Origin: Bacteroidota bacterium
GTDB taxonomy: Bacteria > Bacteroidota > Ignavibacteria > Kapaibacteriales > UBA2268
Assembly (NCBI GenBank): GCA_048267165.1
Contig: JBLWYD010000003.1
Span: 60,707-124,706 of the forward strand
Length of the DNA: 64,000 nt
Reading direction: 5' to 3'
The number at the start of each line of letters is the position of its first letter. Within the stretch, counting starts at the first letter, position 1. Under the pieces are notes generated by a model. That model searched no databases and was not told the DNA's origin. It saw only the letters and a list, made by a program, of their open reading frames with translations. Made by a program: the position numbers and the translations under genes. Shown piece after piece: positions 41,800-51,410 of this stretch.

Positions 41800-42755
41800 A
41801 GTTATTTGTAGCCATATTCTTGCTAACTAGCACTATACTACTATCACAAGGAAGAGTATGGCAGCCGAAGAGTTTTGATTCATTAGAAGTTAGCCCTAAT
41901 ATCGACTTTAGTGAAGATGAAGAAATAACAGAATACACGAAAGGATATTTCCCTTACCCAATTACTACCACATTTACAGTAGGAATTCTTAATGAGAATA
42001 CTGTTTTTTTTAGTGAGGCGAACGGGATTAACCCCAAAGGATTAAAAAGTATAAATGGCGGTTATTCTATTTATTACAAAGAAGATTTATCGGATAGAGA
42101 ATTCAAAAAGAAATTCAGCGATGAAGAAGAGGATACTGAGATAGAAACGGAAAGTTACAGTTGGGGTCTGGACTTCCGACTTACACCAAATATTGGTTTT
42201 CCAGTTATATTCAGAGCAGCCGCAATGTTTACTTGGAGTACCGATGTACTTTTTTCGACGGATTATTCGAAATCATACCTCGATTTTGACAACACACTTC
42301 ACAACTATTTCGAGATAAATAACCTATTACTAGAAGAAACATTATTGGAAACTAAGCTAGGAGTAAGCATTCCGATTTATGGAGCGTTCTCTGGTAATCC
42401 TTTACCTTTTTCTAGTATATTTTCTCTTTATCTAGGAGTAAATAACGGACAAGTCCTCTCTTCTAAAGCTTCACAGTTCGTACAAATTGGCAATGCAAAA
42501 GATAAAATCCGCTTTGAAAATGGACTCGACACTTTAGTACAAACTTCTAATGTTGAATTATCATCATTAGTCAAGAACAGATTCGGAATGGAAATAGGTA
42601 TTGAACACGGAGCAGAAATAGGTGGAGTAGGGTATAACTTCTGGATAAACGCCCTAATACCAACGGAGTCTATATTGAGTGATGAACTATGGAAGCAATA
42701 TCAACTTCGATTCGGAACTGTAATCTATATTGGTGGCTTGTATAGGTTATTTTAG
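41796..42755 (+). CDS. putative outer-membrane beta-barrel protein
   Basis: Signal peptide, alternating strands and a C-terminal ...IGGLYRLF with a terminal Phe. It lacks the NPAYAG-type motif, so it is not called PorP/SprF. Confidence 0.4.
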   Translation: MKLFVAIFLLTSTILLSQGRVWQPKSFDSLEVSPNIDFSEDEEITEYTKGYFPYPITTTFTVGILNENTVFFSEANGINPKGLKSINGGYSIYYKEDLSDREFKKKFSDEEEDTEIETESYSWGLDFRLTPNIGFPVIFRAAAMFTWSTDVLFSTDYSKSYLDFDNTLHNYFEINNLLLEETLLETKLGVSIPIYGAFSGNPLPFSSIFSLYLGVNNGQVLSSKASQFVQIGNAKDKIRFENGLDTLVQTSNVELSSLVKNRFGMEIGIEHGAEIGGVGYNFWINALIPTESILSDELWKQYQLRFGTVIYIGGLYRLF

Positions 42756-42946
42756 GTTGTAGATACGTATTGCATACGTCTCTGAACTTCAGAACATGAT
42801 AGCAAGAGGATTAATATAATCAAGATAAAACACAGCCTGTAAATCCCGATTTTAACGGTTCATACATGTGCAGACATAAAACTTCCACAAATTTGTAACC
42901 AAACTTACACTTTTTGAGTCTATAGATAAAGCAACTTTATAACTAG

Positions 42947-45343
42947 GTGGACAAAGTGAAAAAGCAAATAATAATAATCGCAGTTCTGATACTATCCTCA
43001 TTGGGACTAACAGCTAAGAAAACAGTAGTAATAAACGAAGCGAACGGAAAACCACTAGTGGGGGTTATGGTATTCTCAGGTAAGGATACACTAATCTCTG
43101 ACAGAGCAGGTCAAATCACTAGTTCAAGCCTTACCTCAGCACCTATTGTTACTTACAATAACATATATATTAATAGTAATAGCCAACCCGATACCCTTTA
43201 TGTTGACTTCCCTTTTACACTTATAAAGCCGAAGAAATTAGCAAGAATAGAAGGTGTAGTAAAAGACACTTCGGGCAATAAAATATACCCTAAGAAGATG
43301 ATTCTATCAAAGGATAGTTTTGAATATAAAACAGCTACTGGAAATAGTAATTATAGTTTTGATTATTTAGCTGAAGGTGATTGGACTATCGAAGTGGCTG
43401 GAGATAAATTTTACTTACCTTTTTCATCTTCGCTTACTGTTAACGGTGATAAAGAAGCATTAAAAAATTATGATATAGTTCTACAAAATGCACCTACTAT
43501 TTACGGTACTTTTGAAGCAACAGTTACTTTTGAAAACGGAGAACCTGCTTATGGAGCATCTGTTTTTATTCTTGGCACTACAAAAGGAGGTATAGTAAAA
43601 CAAGAAGGTAAAGCAACAGTTCCTAGACTTGAAGCGGGAATATATCAGATTAGAATAAGTATTCCAGAATATACTTCGATATTTGAAAGTATAAATATTG
43701 TTGCAGGTGAGGTTCTCAAGATGAACTACCAATTTCTGGATAAAGACAAGATGAAATATGATACGGTAAGGGTAAAAGATAATTCAAATGTAGCAACAAA
43801 TGAACAAGTATTAGTTGACGGATTAGACCCAGAAAGCCAATACATAGGTGGGTTTGCAAGTGGTACTGCTGGCGGAGATTTATCTGGGAATATGCCAGAT
43901 CCACTAATAGCGGTTGCCTCATTAAAATCTAATTCATCAATGGATAACGCCTTTGCACCATCCCATTCCTCACCATCAACATCTAACATCCAAGCTGGTT
44001 CACTGACAGCAGGGGAAGTAAACGATTTCCGTAAGTGGGATATGTGGGCAGATATTGCCAAAGATGAGTTAAGCAAATACATTGGTGTTTGGGGGATAGA
44101 GCCAACTAAAAGATACACTGTTCAACTTACTTCGCTGGATAATAAGCCAGTGAGCGATGCCGTTATCAATCTTATCAGCCAAACTGGGCAGATAATATGG
44201 TCAGCAAGAAGTGATAATACTGGCAAAGCGGAACTATGGGCTGATGCTTATAAAGCGAATAAAGATGATGTAAATGGATTGTCAGTTGAAGTTGTTTACA
44301 AAGGTAAACGACAAATCAAGAATAACATATCTGACTTCAAAAATGGCATTAATTTCATCAAAGTTAATGAGTATTGTTCCCATTCGCAGAACGTAGATAT
44401 AGTCTTCGCTATGGATGCCACTGGCTCTATGGGTGATGAGATAGAATATCTGAAAACTGAATTATTGGACATTATAGAAAGATTACAAAAAGCACAAGAT
44501 GATAAGAATCTTCGAATCGGCTCTATTTTCTATCGTGATTTTGACTATCCTTTCAATGAGCTGATAGCTACTCACGATTTGACTAATGACTTTACTTCAT
44601 TGAATAAGTTTATAAACTCGCAAGAAGCAATAAGTGGCAATAGCACTGCTGAAGCAGTCGAGGTAGCACTTAGCTCTGCTGTCAATGAGTTCACTTGGTC
44701 GGAAGATGCAGTTGCTCGTATTATGTTCCTTATACTAGATGCTCCCCCACACGAAGACCCTCAGACTCTAGCTCGATTCCGTGAGCTAACTGCTAGTGCA
44801 TCGGCTATGGGTATTCGCATAATCCCACTAACAGCGAGTGGAATTGACAAATCGTCCGAATACCTTATGCGTTCGTTGGCTTTGCTGACTAACGGGACTT
44901 ATCTATTTCTGACAGATGATAGTGGAATAGGTGGCAGCCACATAAAACCAACTACTGATAACTATGACGTAGAGATGATGAACGAGATGATAGTACGTAT
45001 TATCAATCAATTCATAGACACTCCGATTTGCGGCGAGAATGATGACCTATACGCCAAAGATATAGATGACAATATATACAATGATAAAGAGCTGAAAGAC
45101 ACAGATATATCTGACTATATTAAGATATTCCCTAATCCAACTGACGGGCCTCTGACACTAGAGTTAGAGGAAAAATTCGACCAGATATTTGTAGTAGATA
45201 TGAATGGTAAAATACTATTCCAACTCGAACCGAATGGAACAAGATTGCAGATTAATATTGCAGAGTACCCAACTGGTGCTTACTTCCTTAAATACAGCTA
45301 TAAAGGAGCTTGGGGGAGCAGCCAGATAAGGTTAATGAGATAG
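42947..45343 (+). CDS. secreted protein with carboxypeptidase-regulatory-like domains, a vWA domain and a T9SS C-terminal sorting domain
   Basis: MIDAS motif DATGSMGDE. Three CarbPepD_reg-like beta-sandwich units. C-terminal FPNPTDGPL...GAYFLKYSY... The track start is a GTG. The likely start is the GTG at 42956 (MKKQIIII). Confidence 0.6.
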   Translation: MDKVKKQIIIIAVLILSSLGLTAKKTVVINEANGKPLVGVMVFSGKDTLISDRAGQITSSSLTSAPIVTYNNIYINSNSQPDTLYVDFPFTLIKPKKLARIEGVVKDTSGNKIYPKKMILSKDSFEYKTATGNSNYSFDYLAEGDWTIEVAGDKFYLPFSSSLTVNGDKEALKNYDIVLQNAPTIYGTFEATVTFENGEPAYGASVFILGTTKGGIVKQEGKATVPRLEAGIYQIRISIPEYTSIFESINIVAGEVLKMNYQFLDKDKMKYDTVRVKDNSNVATNEQVLVDGLDPESQYIGGFASGTAGGDLSGNMPDPLIAVASLKSNSSMDNAFAPSHSSPSTSNIQAGSLTAGEVNDFRKWDMWADIAKDELSKYIGVWGIEPTKRYTVQLTSLDNKPVSDAVINLISQTGQIIWSARSDNTGKAELWADAYKANKDDVNGLSVEVVYKGKRQIKNNISDFKNGINFIKVNEYCSHSQNVDIVFAMDATGSMGDEIEYLKTELLDIIERLQKAQDDKNLRIGSIFYRDFDYPFNELIATHDLTNDFTSLNKFINSQEAISGNSTAEAVEVALSSAVNEFTWSEDAVARIMFLILDAPPHEDPQTLARFRELTASASAMGIRIIPLTASGIDKSSEYLMRSLALLTNGTYLFLTDDSGIGGSHIKPTTDNYDVEMMNEMIVRIINQFIDTPICGENDDLYAKDIDDNIYNDKELKDTDISDYIKIFPNPTDGPLTLELEEKFDQIFVVDMNGKILFQLEPNGTRLQINIAEYPTGAYFLKYSYKGAWGSSQIRLMR

Positions 45344-45464
45344 AAATTGAAAGTTGATAGATGAGTCCTTTTTTAAGAAGAACTTTTAAATAAATCGTCC
45401 TACATGCTTACCTGTCAAGCCGTAGGTATGAGCAGTTTGAGTAACGGAATGGAATAGATAATAT

Positions 45465-46508
45465 CTATATATCGTTCTTGCGTTCTATACGCTTGTCTCT
45501 TTGTTGTTTGGCTAGGACACGTAGATCAGCTACTTTGTCGCCCTCATCAACTATCTCTACTCCGAGTATAGTCTCAAGTACGTCTTCCATAGTGATTAGA
45601 CCCTCTACACCGCCATATTCATCAACTACGACAAACATGTGCTTCTTACGGCGAAGAAACTCTTCTAGGGCTTTGTCTAGGCGTGTATTTTCATTTATTA
45701 GGTTTAGCTCACGAGTGATAGAGCTAACTTTTTTATCTTTTTCACCTTTTAGAGCTGTAAGGAATACATCTTTGGATAATACGTATCCTATGATTTCTTC
45801 TTCTTGGTGGTCATCGCTCCAAATTGGTATTCTAGAGTATTGGCTCAGCTCCGCTATGTCTTGCACTTCGCCAATTGTTTGGCTAGCACGCAGAGTTATC
45901 ATTACAGTTCTAGGAGTCATAACGTCAGTTACTAGTACTTCACTGAAATTCATTATATTTTTCAGAATTCGGTATTCATCATCATCTAGCGATCCTTCAT
46001 CTTTTGCAGATTCGAATAGAGCTGTTATTTCCTCACGACTGAACTCTTCGGCGTTCTTACCACTTACTTTATGTGACAATTTCTCGTTCAGTAATTCAAG
46101 TGGTGAAAGTGCCGTATAGAATAACTCAAAGAAAGGCACAAACCTTGGTGCAGTTGTTTTGGAAAGCTTAATACCAGTGAAATAAGCAATAAATTTGAGA
46201 AATAATGTGATGATTATTAGAATTACGAAGCTGCTAATTACTGTAAGCAGACTACTAGTATTAAAGTCAAATACTAGTCCGAAGGAGAATAAAGCAATAG
46301 CATAAAGTGCTGTTTCAATCACCATAAATGGATTGAAAGTATCGTCAAACTTAAGCCATACTTTTTGGAGTTTTCGTGCGTTAGGGGTTTCATTTTCTAT
46401 AAACTCATCTATATCATCTTGGCTCAAAGCCGAGATCATATTAGATAGAAATGAAATAGAAGTAGCGATTAGTATAGATACAGCCGTTATAATCAGGGGT
46501 ATGTCCAT
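45465..46508 (-). CDS. CNNM/DUF21 + CBS-pair membrane protein (HlyC/CorC-family transporter-like)
   Basis: N-terminal four-helix DUF21 followed by two CBS domains. Confidence 0.75.
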   Translation of the reverse strand: MDIPLIITAVSILIATSISFLSNMISALSQDDIDEFIENETPNARKLQKVWLKFDDTFNPFMVIETALYAIALFSFGLVFDFNTSSLLTVISSFVILIIITLFLKFIAYFTGIKLSKTTAPRFVPFFELFYTALSPLELLNEKLSHKVSGKNAEEFSREEITALFESAKDEGSLDDDEYRILKNIMNFSEVLVTDVMTPRTVMITLRASQTIGEVQDIAELSQYSRIPIWSDDHQEEEIIGYVLSKDVFLTALKGEKDKKVSSITRELNLINENTRLDKALEEFLRRKKHMFVVVDEYGGVEGLITMEDVLETILGVEIVDEGDKVADLRVLAKQQRDKRIERKNDI

Positions 46509-46586
46509 AAAAAGCTACAAAGCTCCGTTATAATTTGAGATATTTATAATGACAATATATGAAATAATCGAATTAGATTCAAACAT

Positions 46587-47216
46587 TTAGTTTGTCCAAC
46601 CTTTATCAACTATTGTGATTCGGTTAGGATAGTTTATATTGCCAAGTGGAGTTTTTACAGTTGGTCTTGCATCTAGTTTCAGACGCGAAGCGCTTCCGCC
46701 TTGTCCACCTATAGCTAATGCTAGATTTATCATATCTTCGTATCCTTTGTTGCCAAAGAATTCGAATAAATCTATATTCATAACTAATGGGATAGTTTCA
46801 GAGCTACCAGTACCGGGGATAACCAATTCTTTATTGATATTACCAGCTATAGTTTCTTTGTCGTCTATATATAGTTTCCAATCGAGAGCAGATAATGTAG
46901 CAGATGATTGCTTAGTTCCGCCTTTGCCATCATTGGGGTTTTTCGCATCTACATTTAGTACGAATTGAGCAGGCCATTTCTTATCTGAATATGCCTTAGT
47001 TAGCTTTATACCATCCATTATTGATATATCCTTAACAGATTTGATATTGCTAAGGTTGACACCAGCTAACTGGAAATTATTTACATTATCTAGTTTGAAT
47101 TCTAGACGTTGTAAGTTATTAAGTGAGTCAGCAAATTGATTCAAAGTTTTACAGCTACCCAAAAATAGAGTAGCTACTATTACCGTTAGGGCAGTTAAAT
47201 ATATTCTTTTATTCAT
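46587..47216 (-). CDS. hypothetical lipoprotein
   Basis: Lipobox LFLGSC. It has a 1-bp overlap with the upstream response-regulator gene. Confidence 0.5.
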   Translation of the reverse strand: MNKRIYLTALTVIVATLFLGSCKTLNQFADSLNNLQRLEFKLDNVNNFQLAGVNLSNIKSVKDISIMDGIKLTKAYSDKKWPAQFVLNVDAKNPNDGKGGTKQSSATLSALDWKLYIDDKETIAGNINKELVIPGTGSSETIPLVMNIDLFEFFGNKGYEDMINLALAIGGQGGSASRLKLDARPTVKTPLGNINYPNRITIVDKGWTN

Positions 47217-47686
47217 TATTCTACGTTTAGTCCAGCTGATTCGAGTACTGCTACAGATGATTGACCCGCACCGTCTAATGCAGCTGTTAGAGCTATTACT
47301 TTCTTTTGAGCTATGTTTAGATTAGATAATAATCTTACTTTAGCAACTAATAATTTTTCTTCGATTGGCTTACTTAAGAAATCGTCTGCTCCTGCTTCAA
47401 TTGATTTCAACTGATTTGCAGTATCATTAAGAGCAGTTACTATAACTACTGGTATTTGAGCGTCTTCAGCATTTGCTTTTAGATTACGTACAGTCTCGTA
47501 ACCGTCCATTCTCGGCATCATTACGTCTAGTACTATTGCATAAGGCTTTTTCTCTTTCACAGCTTCTAAGCATTCGATACCATCGTGTGCTATCATTACT
47601 TCGTAGCCATTTGACTCCAAATATCTTTTAAGCAATTTGGTAGTGATTTTATTATCATCGACTACTAATATTGGCTTCGTACTCAT
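47216..47686 (-). CDS. single-domain response regulator (CheY-like receiver)
   Basis: ILVVDDN...Asp pocket...VLDVMMPRMDG...KP. Confidence 0.8.
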   Translation of the reverse strand: MSTKPILVVDDNKITTKLLKRYLESNGYEVMIAHDGIECLEAVKEKKPYAIVLDVMMPRMDGYETVRNLKANAEDAQIPVVIVTALNDTANQLKSIEAGADDFLSKPIEEKLLVAKVRLLSNLNIAQKKVIALTAALDGAGQSSVAVLESAGLNVE

Positions 47687-47750
47687 AAGTAACCCCTTTT
47701 TGTTAATTTCTATTTCACAAAGTTAAATATAATGTTACTATAAATAAAGA

Positions 47751-48281
47751 CTAAACTTTATTTAGACTCAATCTAACTATTCCTAATATCTTATATTTGA
47801 CCGATTCATCTAATACAATATCGGGTAACAGAACGCTTGACGTACTTAATACGATTTTATCGTTTTTAAGTTTGTAGTTATTTATCATTACCTGATTTTC
47901 GTATTTTACTAATACAATGTCATTATTCTGTGGTAATCTATCCTTTTCATAGAGTACATACTGATTATTATATAACCCGTGCTTACTCATCTCATTACCA
48001 CTAACTAAAGCTACAGCAAATCTAGTGCCAATAAGTGATTCACTTAGCACTGATATATACTCTGGTTCCTCATACTCTGTTCTGTCCACAGGGACATAAG
48101 GTACGTGGCTGGACATTGCTTCATTCAATGCTTTTTCGTATAACCCAACTTCTCTATTATCGGCTTCTGCTTTCAATAGCTTTAGCTGATCTGATTTATC
48201 TAATCCACCCAACTGTAAAGTTACGTAGTCGAAAATCAAATCATAGAGTTGACGAGTATTATAGTCCGAGTAATTAGCCAT
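47751..48281 (-). CDS. LexA/S24-like peptidase-fold protein, possibly catalytically degenerate
   Basis: C-terminal VSGNEMSKHGLYNNQYVLYEK...NNDIVLVKYENQVMINNYKLKNDKIVL...KILGIV follows the S24 beta-fold pattern. GNEMS replaces the canonical GDSM. Confidence 0.45.
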   Translation of the reverse strand: MANYSDYNTRQLYDLIFDYVTLQLGGLDKSDQLKLLKAEADNREVGLYEKALNEAMSSHVPYVPVDRTEYEEPEYISVLSESLIGTRFAVALVSGNEMSKHGLYNNQYVLYEKDRLPQNNDIVLVKYENQVMINNYKLKNDKIVLSTSSVLLPDIVLDESVKYKILGIVRLSLNKV

Positions 48282-48621
48282 CTAACATACCTGCGGCTGC
48301 TAGTATTATCTTGTTCTTAGATTCTAACTTTCCTTTCTCGTAGTTCTGCTTTATGGTTTCTCTTCGTTTTTCGCCCGCCTTATTATTGGCAAATATATCG
48401 CCTTCGCCTGTTATTACGTAAGTTGGGTCTATACCTTTCTCGTGCAATTTGCGAAGTAGGCGAACACTGATAGCGGCTCTACCAAGTTCATAGTTGCGTA
48501 TTTTGTCGCCAGTCTCGTCTAGTATGAATGCGAATTGGTCGGCTGATAGCTTCACTCCTTCGTGGAATATATCACGTATCTCCCGTAGTCGATTGCCAAT
48601 TTCTTGATTAATATTTTCCAT
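48274..48621 (-). CDS. XRE-family helix-turn-helix transcriptional regulator
   Basis: IGNRLREIRDIFHEGVKLSADQFAFILDETGDKIRNYELGRAAISVRLL. It overlaps the downstream S24-like ORF by 8 bp. Confidence 0.7.
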   Translation of the reverse strand: MENINQEIGNRLREIRDIFHEGVKLSADQFAFILDETGDKIRNYELGRAAISVRLLRKLHEKGIDPTYVITGEGDIFANNKAGEKRRETIKQNYEKGKLESKNKIILAAAGMLDG

Positions 48622-48726
48622 TTCCCATTCCGTAAATGTGTGTTATGTAGATATTACATAATTGTATTATGTAACTTACATAAGATATATGATAATTGCA
48701 AGAATATGATTTGGGAGAATTGAGGG

Positions 48727-49209
48727 TTAAAAGATTGAAGCACCAATCTTAAGACTTACAGGATAAAACGGTTTGTTCTCTCTGCCATAAGTTGGATTGA
48801 AGGCGAACCCTACAAACCAATTTTTGCCTAATCTATGTCTATATCCAAAATTAAAAGAAACCGAAGTACCCGTCTGAAAAAGATAATAATCCTCAAGTTC
48901 TTGGTAAAGGATATTTATACCTAAATCCAATTTGTGTTCACACCCAACTATGTAATGAAAGCCACCGAGAAAGCTAGGGTACATAGTAAAGAATGCCAGA
49001 CCAGAAAAACGCATTGCACCTCTTAATCTTAGACTACCATCACCATATTCTTCGCTTACTGTCCTTAGAAGAGTAATCTCCAAATTTGGCGCCCAAAGAG
49101 CTTCTTGAGGTCCATAGACCTCATTGTACATATATACATCTTTGTCTTCATCTGCAATAACAGAAGTGGTTAATAATATAAGTATTAATAAATATTTCAA
49201 AATCCCCAC
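48727..49209 (-). CDS. small outer-membrane beta-barrel protein
   Basis: Signal peptide. 160 aa. C-terminal ...KIGASIF. It is a tandem neighbour of a similar 168-aa gene. Confidence 0.4.
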   Translation of the reverse strand: MGILKYLLILILLTTSVIADEDKDVYMYNEVYGPQEALWAPNLEITLLRTVSEEYGDGSLRLRGAMRFSGLAFFTMYPSFLGGFHYIVGCEHKLDLGINILYQELEDYYLFQTGTSVSFNFGYRHRLGKNWFVGFAFNPTYGRENKPFYPVSLKIGASIF

Positions 49210-49703
49210 CCAAAGCTCATACTAAATGAAGTTTTTAGTTCCTTTGTATCTAATCTATAGAAAGGAGTATAAGTTATTCTAAATAGAAAAGTCTCAGAAC
49301 ATTCCCTATACCCTACTTGAAAGCCAATAGCATCGTAACTATCTAAATCATAAATTGAATTTACATTATCAAAGTCAGTATCTTGATCACCTTTGTATTG
49401 TCTAAAATAATTAGCCCCAAACTCTACCCCAGCTCCATCCCCAATGACTTGTGTAATCCCAAGTACTGGCGACGAATAGAACATACCTCCATTGATAACA
49501 CCCATCATAGAAGCACCAAAGTTAATGTAAGTTATTTGTGATTCACCTAAAAACTCAAAAGTATTAATATTATACTCGATTGTGGGTTTGAAACCTATAG
49601 TATTACCTATTAGCTCTATGTATATATTTACATCTTTCGCCTTCGAATAAGCGGCCGTTGATGTACATAGTAATAACATGGTGATAATTATTTTCAAATT
49701 CAA
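49197..49703 (-). CDS. small outer-membrane beta-barrel protein
   Basis: Signal peptide. 168 aa. C-terminal ...SMSFGWGF. Confidence 0.4.
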   Translation of the reverse strand: MNLKIIITMLLLCTSTAAYSKAKDVNIYIELIGNTIGFKPTIEYNINTFEFLGESQITYINFGASMMGVINGGMFYSSPVLGITQVIGDGAGVEFGANYFRQYKGDQDTDFDNVNSIYDLDSYDAIGFQVGYRECSETFLFRITYTPFYRLDTKELKTSFSMSFGWGF

Positions 49704-49881
49704 GTTCTATTATTCAATACAGTTATACAAACTTAATAAAATTATTTTGAAATCTTAATATCAATTACTTGCACAATATGTAAAATCTACATAAAATTGC
49801 AGTAGTGATTGCTACTGATAAGAAATATACAAAAGCAATTTAACTTTTTTTCAAACTATATTCAAATTAAAAGGAGATATT

Positions 49882-50142
49882 ATGAATATACTTAAAGACT
49901 TGCAATACGGCGATTTGACCGAAGATTTGCAGATGATATACGATGTATGCGGCGAAGAAGTCGTTATACAGATGATAGAAAATCTAGGAGGGCTTAGCTT
50001 TTACGTGCCTAAGATAACTAGATTCGATGACCTGATTTACAGATTCATCAGAGAAAATAAGGCGGAGACACTCAAGAAACTCGCTATGCGATTAGGCGTA
50101 ACCGAACAATATCTCAAGTGCCTAGTCAAAAGATACAATTAG
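49882..50142 (+). CDS. Mor-like (Mu middle-operon-regulator family) transcriptional activator
   Basis: VVIQMIENLGGLSFYVPK...ETLKKLAMRLGVTEQYLKCLVKR matches the Mor/C-family ...FGG.SLYIPK... plus C-terminal HTH layout. Confidence 0.45.
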   Translation: MNILKDLQYGDLTEDLQMIYDVCGEEVVIQMIENLGGLSFYVPKITRFDDLIYRFIRENKAETLKKLAMRLGVTEQYLKCLVKRYN

Positions 50143-50230
50143 TAAAAAAGAATTTACCACCTCTCTTTTTTTCTTTTTACTGATAATTAGAATAGTTGTA
50201 TATACAACTTATATTTTATAGGTTGGATTT

Positions 50231-50650
50231 ATGAATTACTCAGAAATAGAAAAAACGGATTTTTCTGCTTGTTTAGCAGGTAAAGTTGGACGTATATCCA
50301 GACTTACTTCTAATATATTCAGAAAGCATCTGTCAAAACACGACATAACTGAAAGTCAGCTAAGTATTCTTTTCATAACTTCTAAGATGAAAGAAATAAC
50401 GCAGAAGCAAATTTGCGATATATACTTCCTCGAAAAATCAACTGTTAGTCGCAACCTAAAGCGGTTAGTCGAGAAAGGATATTTGGAAGAAAAGCAGCTC
50501 CCTCGTATTGTGATTACTAAAGCTGGATTGGACTTTGTAACCGAGGTCATTCCTAGTTGGAATAATGCTATGGCGGAGATAAAAGCAGAATTGGGTGATA
50601 ATGGCGTTAATGCTATAGATGAAGTAATTTCGAAATTAACTAATAAGTAG
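50231..50650 (+). CDS. MarR-family transcriptional regulator
   Basis: Winged HTH ...SQLSILFITSKMKEITQKQICDIYFLEKSTVSRNLKRLVEKGYL. Confidence 0.7.
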   Translation: MNYSEIEKTDFSACLAGKVGRISRLTSNIFRKHLSKHDITESQLSILFITSKMKEITQKQICDIYFLEKSTVSRNLKRLVEKGYLEEKQLPRIVITKAGLDFVTEVIPSWNNAMAEIKAELGDNGVNAIDEVISKLTNK

Positions 50651-50657
50651 GTTTACA

Positions 50658-51359
50658 ATGTTAGAAACATCTTATATACTGTTGACTTTAATCATGAATA
50701 TGATTCTATTAAAGATTGGGTTTTACGCAATCGGTAACTCAATAACTGACCTAGCTATCAGGAAAAAGAAAAAAGCAACCGTAGTATTAGGACTAACTAT
50801 CTGGCAAGTTTACGTATTCCTACTTTCCATATCAGGCTTCTTAGAAGATCTATCATTCCCACCAAGATTCGTATTATTGATGATACTCCCACTCTTCATT
50901 TTCACTGGTGTGTTTCTTTACAAGAACAGAAACGAGCAATGGATAAAAGTCATTCCGCCTCACTGGTTAGCGTATTACCAGTCATTCAGAATTGGTATAG
51001 AAACAATATTCGTCTATACAGTAGCCGCTGGTATATTGCACAGTAACGTTACTATCGAGGGTTACAATATGGATATGATATTCGCATTTTCTGCGCCCGT
51101 GATAGGCACTATAATTTACAAAAAAGGTATGCCCTCACTAAGACAAATCTGTATATGGAACTACTTTGGGTTAGCAGTTATAGCTTCCATTATATTCCTA
51201 TTTATTACCTCAATGTATGCTCCACAGATTTACGGTAGTGAAGTCGGTCTATTATCATCACAATTAGGCACTTATCCATTCACTTTAGTAGCTGGATTTC
51301 TAATGCCCTCGGCAGTTTTTATACACGTATTATCATTGGTACAAGCAATAAAGAGTTGA
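50658..51359 (+). CDS. hypothetical polytopic membrane protein
   Basis: Six or more hydrophobic helices. It lies 8 bp after marR. Confidence 0.5.
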   Translation: MLETSYILLTLIMNMILLKIGFYAIGNSITDLAIRKKKKATVVLGLTIWQVYVFLLSISGFLEDLSFPPRFVLLMILPLFIFTGVFLYKNRNEQWIKVIPPHWLAYYQSFRIGIETIFVYTVAAGILHSNVTIEGYNMDMIFAFSAPVIGTIIYKKGMPSLRQICIWNYFGLAVIASIIFLFITSMYAPQIYGSEVGLLSSQLGTYPFTLVAGFLMPSAVFIHVLSLVQAIKS

Positions 51360-51410
51360 TTAGGAATATAGTTTTTATTTCAACTTTGCTTACATTGCAC
51401 AATAAGAAAA

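Noticed and set aside
41796-42755. Calling the outer-membrane protein a PorP/SprF T9SS component
   Set aside because: Size and context fit, but the conserved N-terminal NPAYAG-type motif is absent. It is left as a generic outer-membrane barrel.
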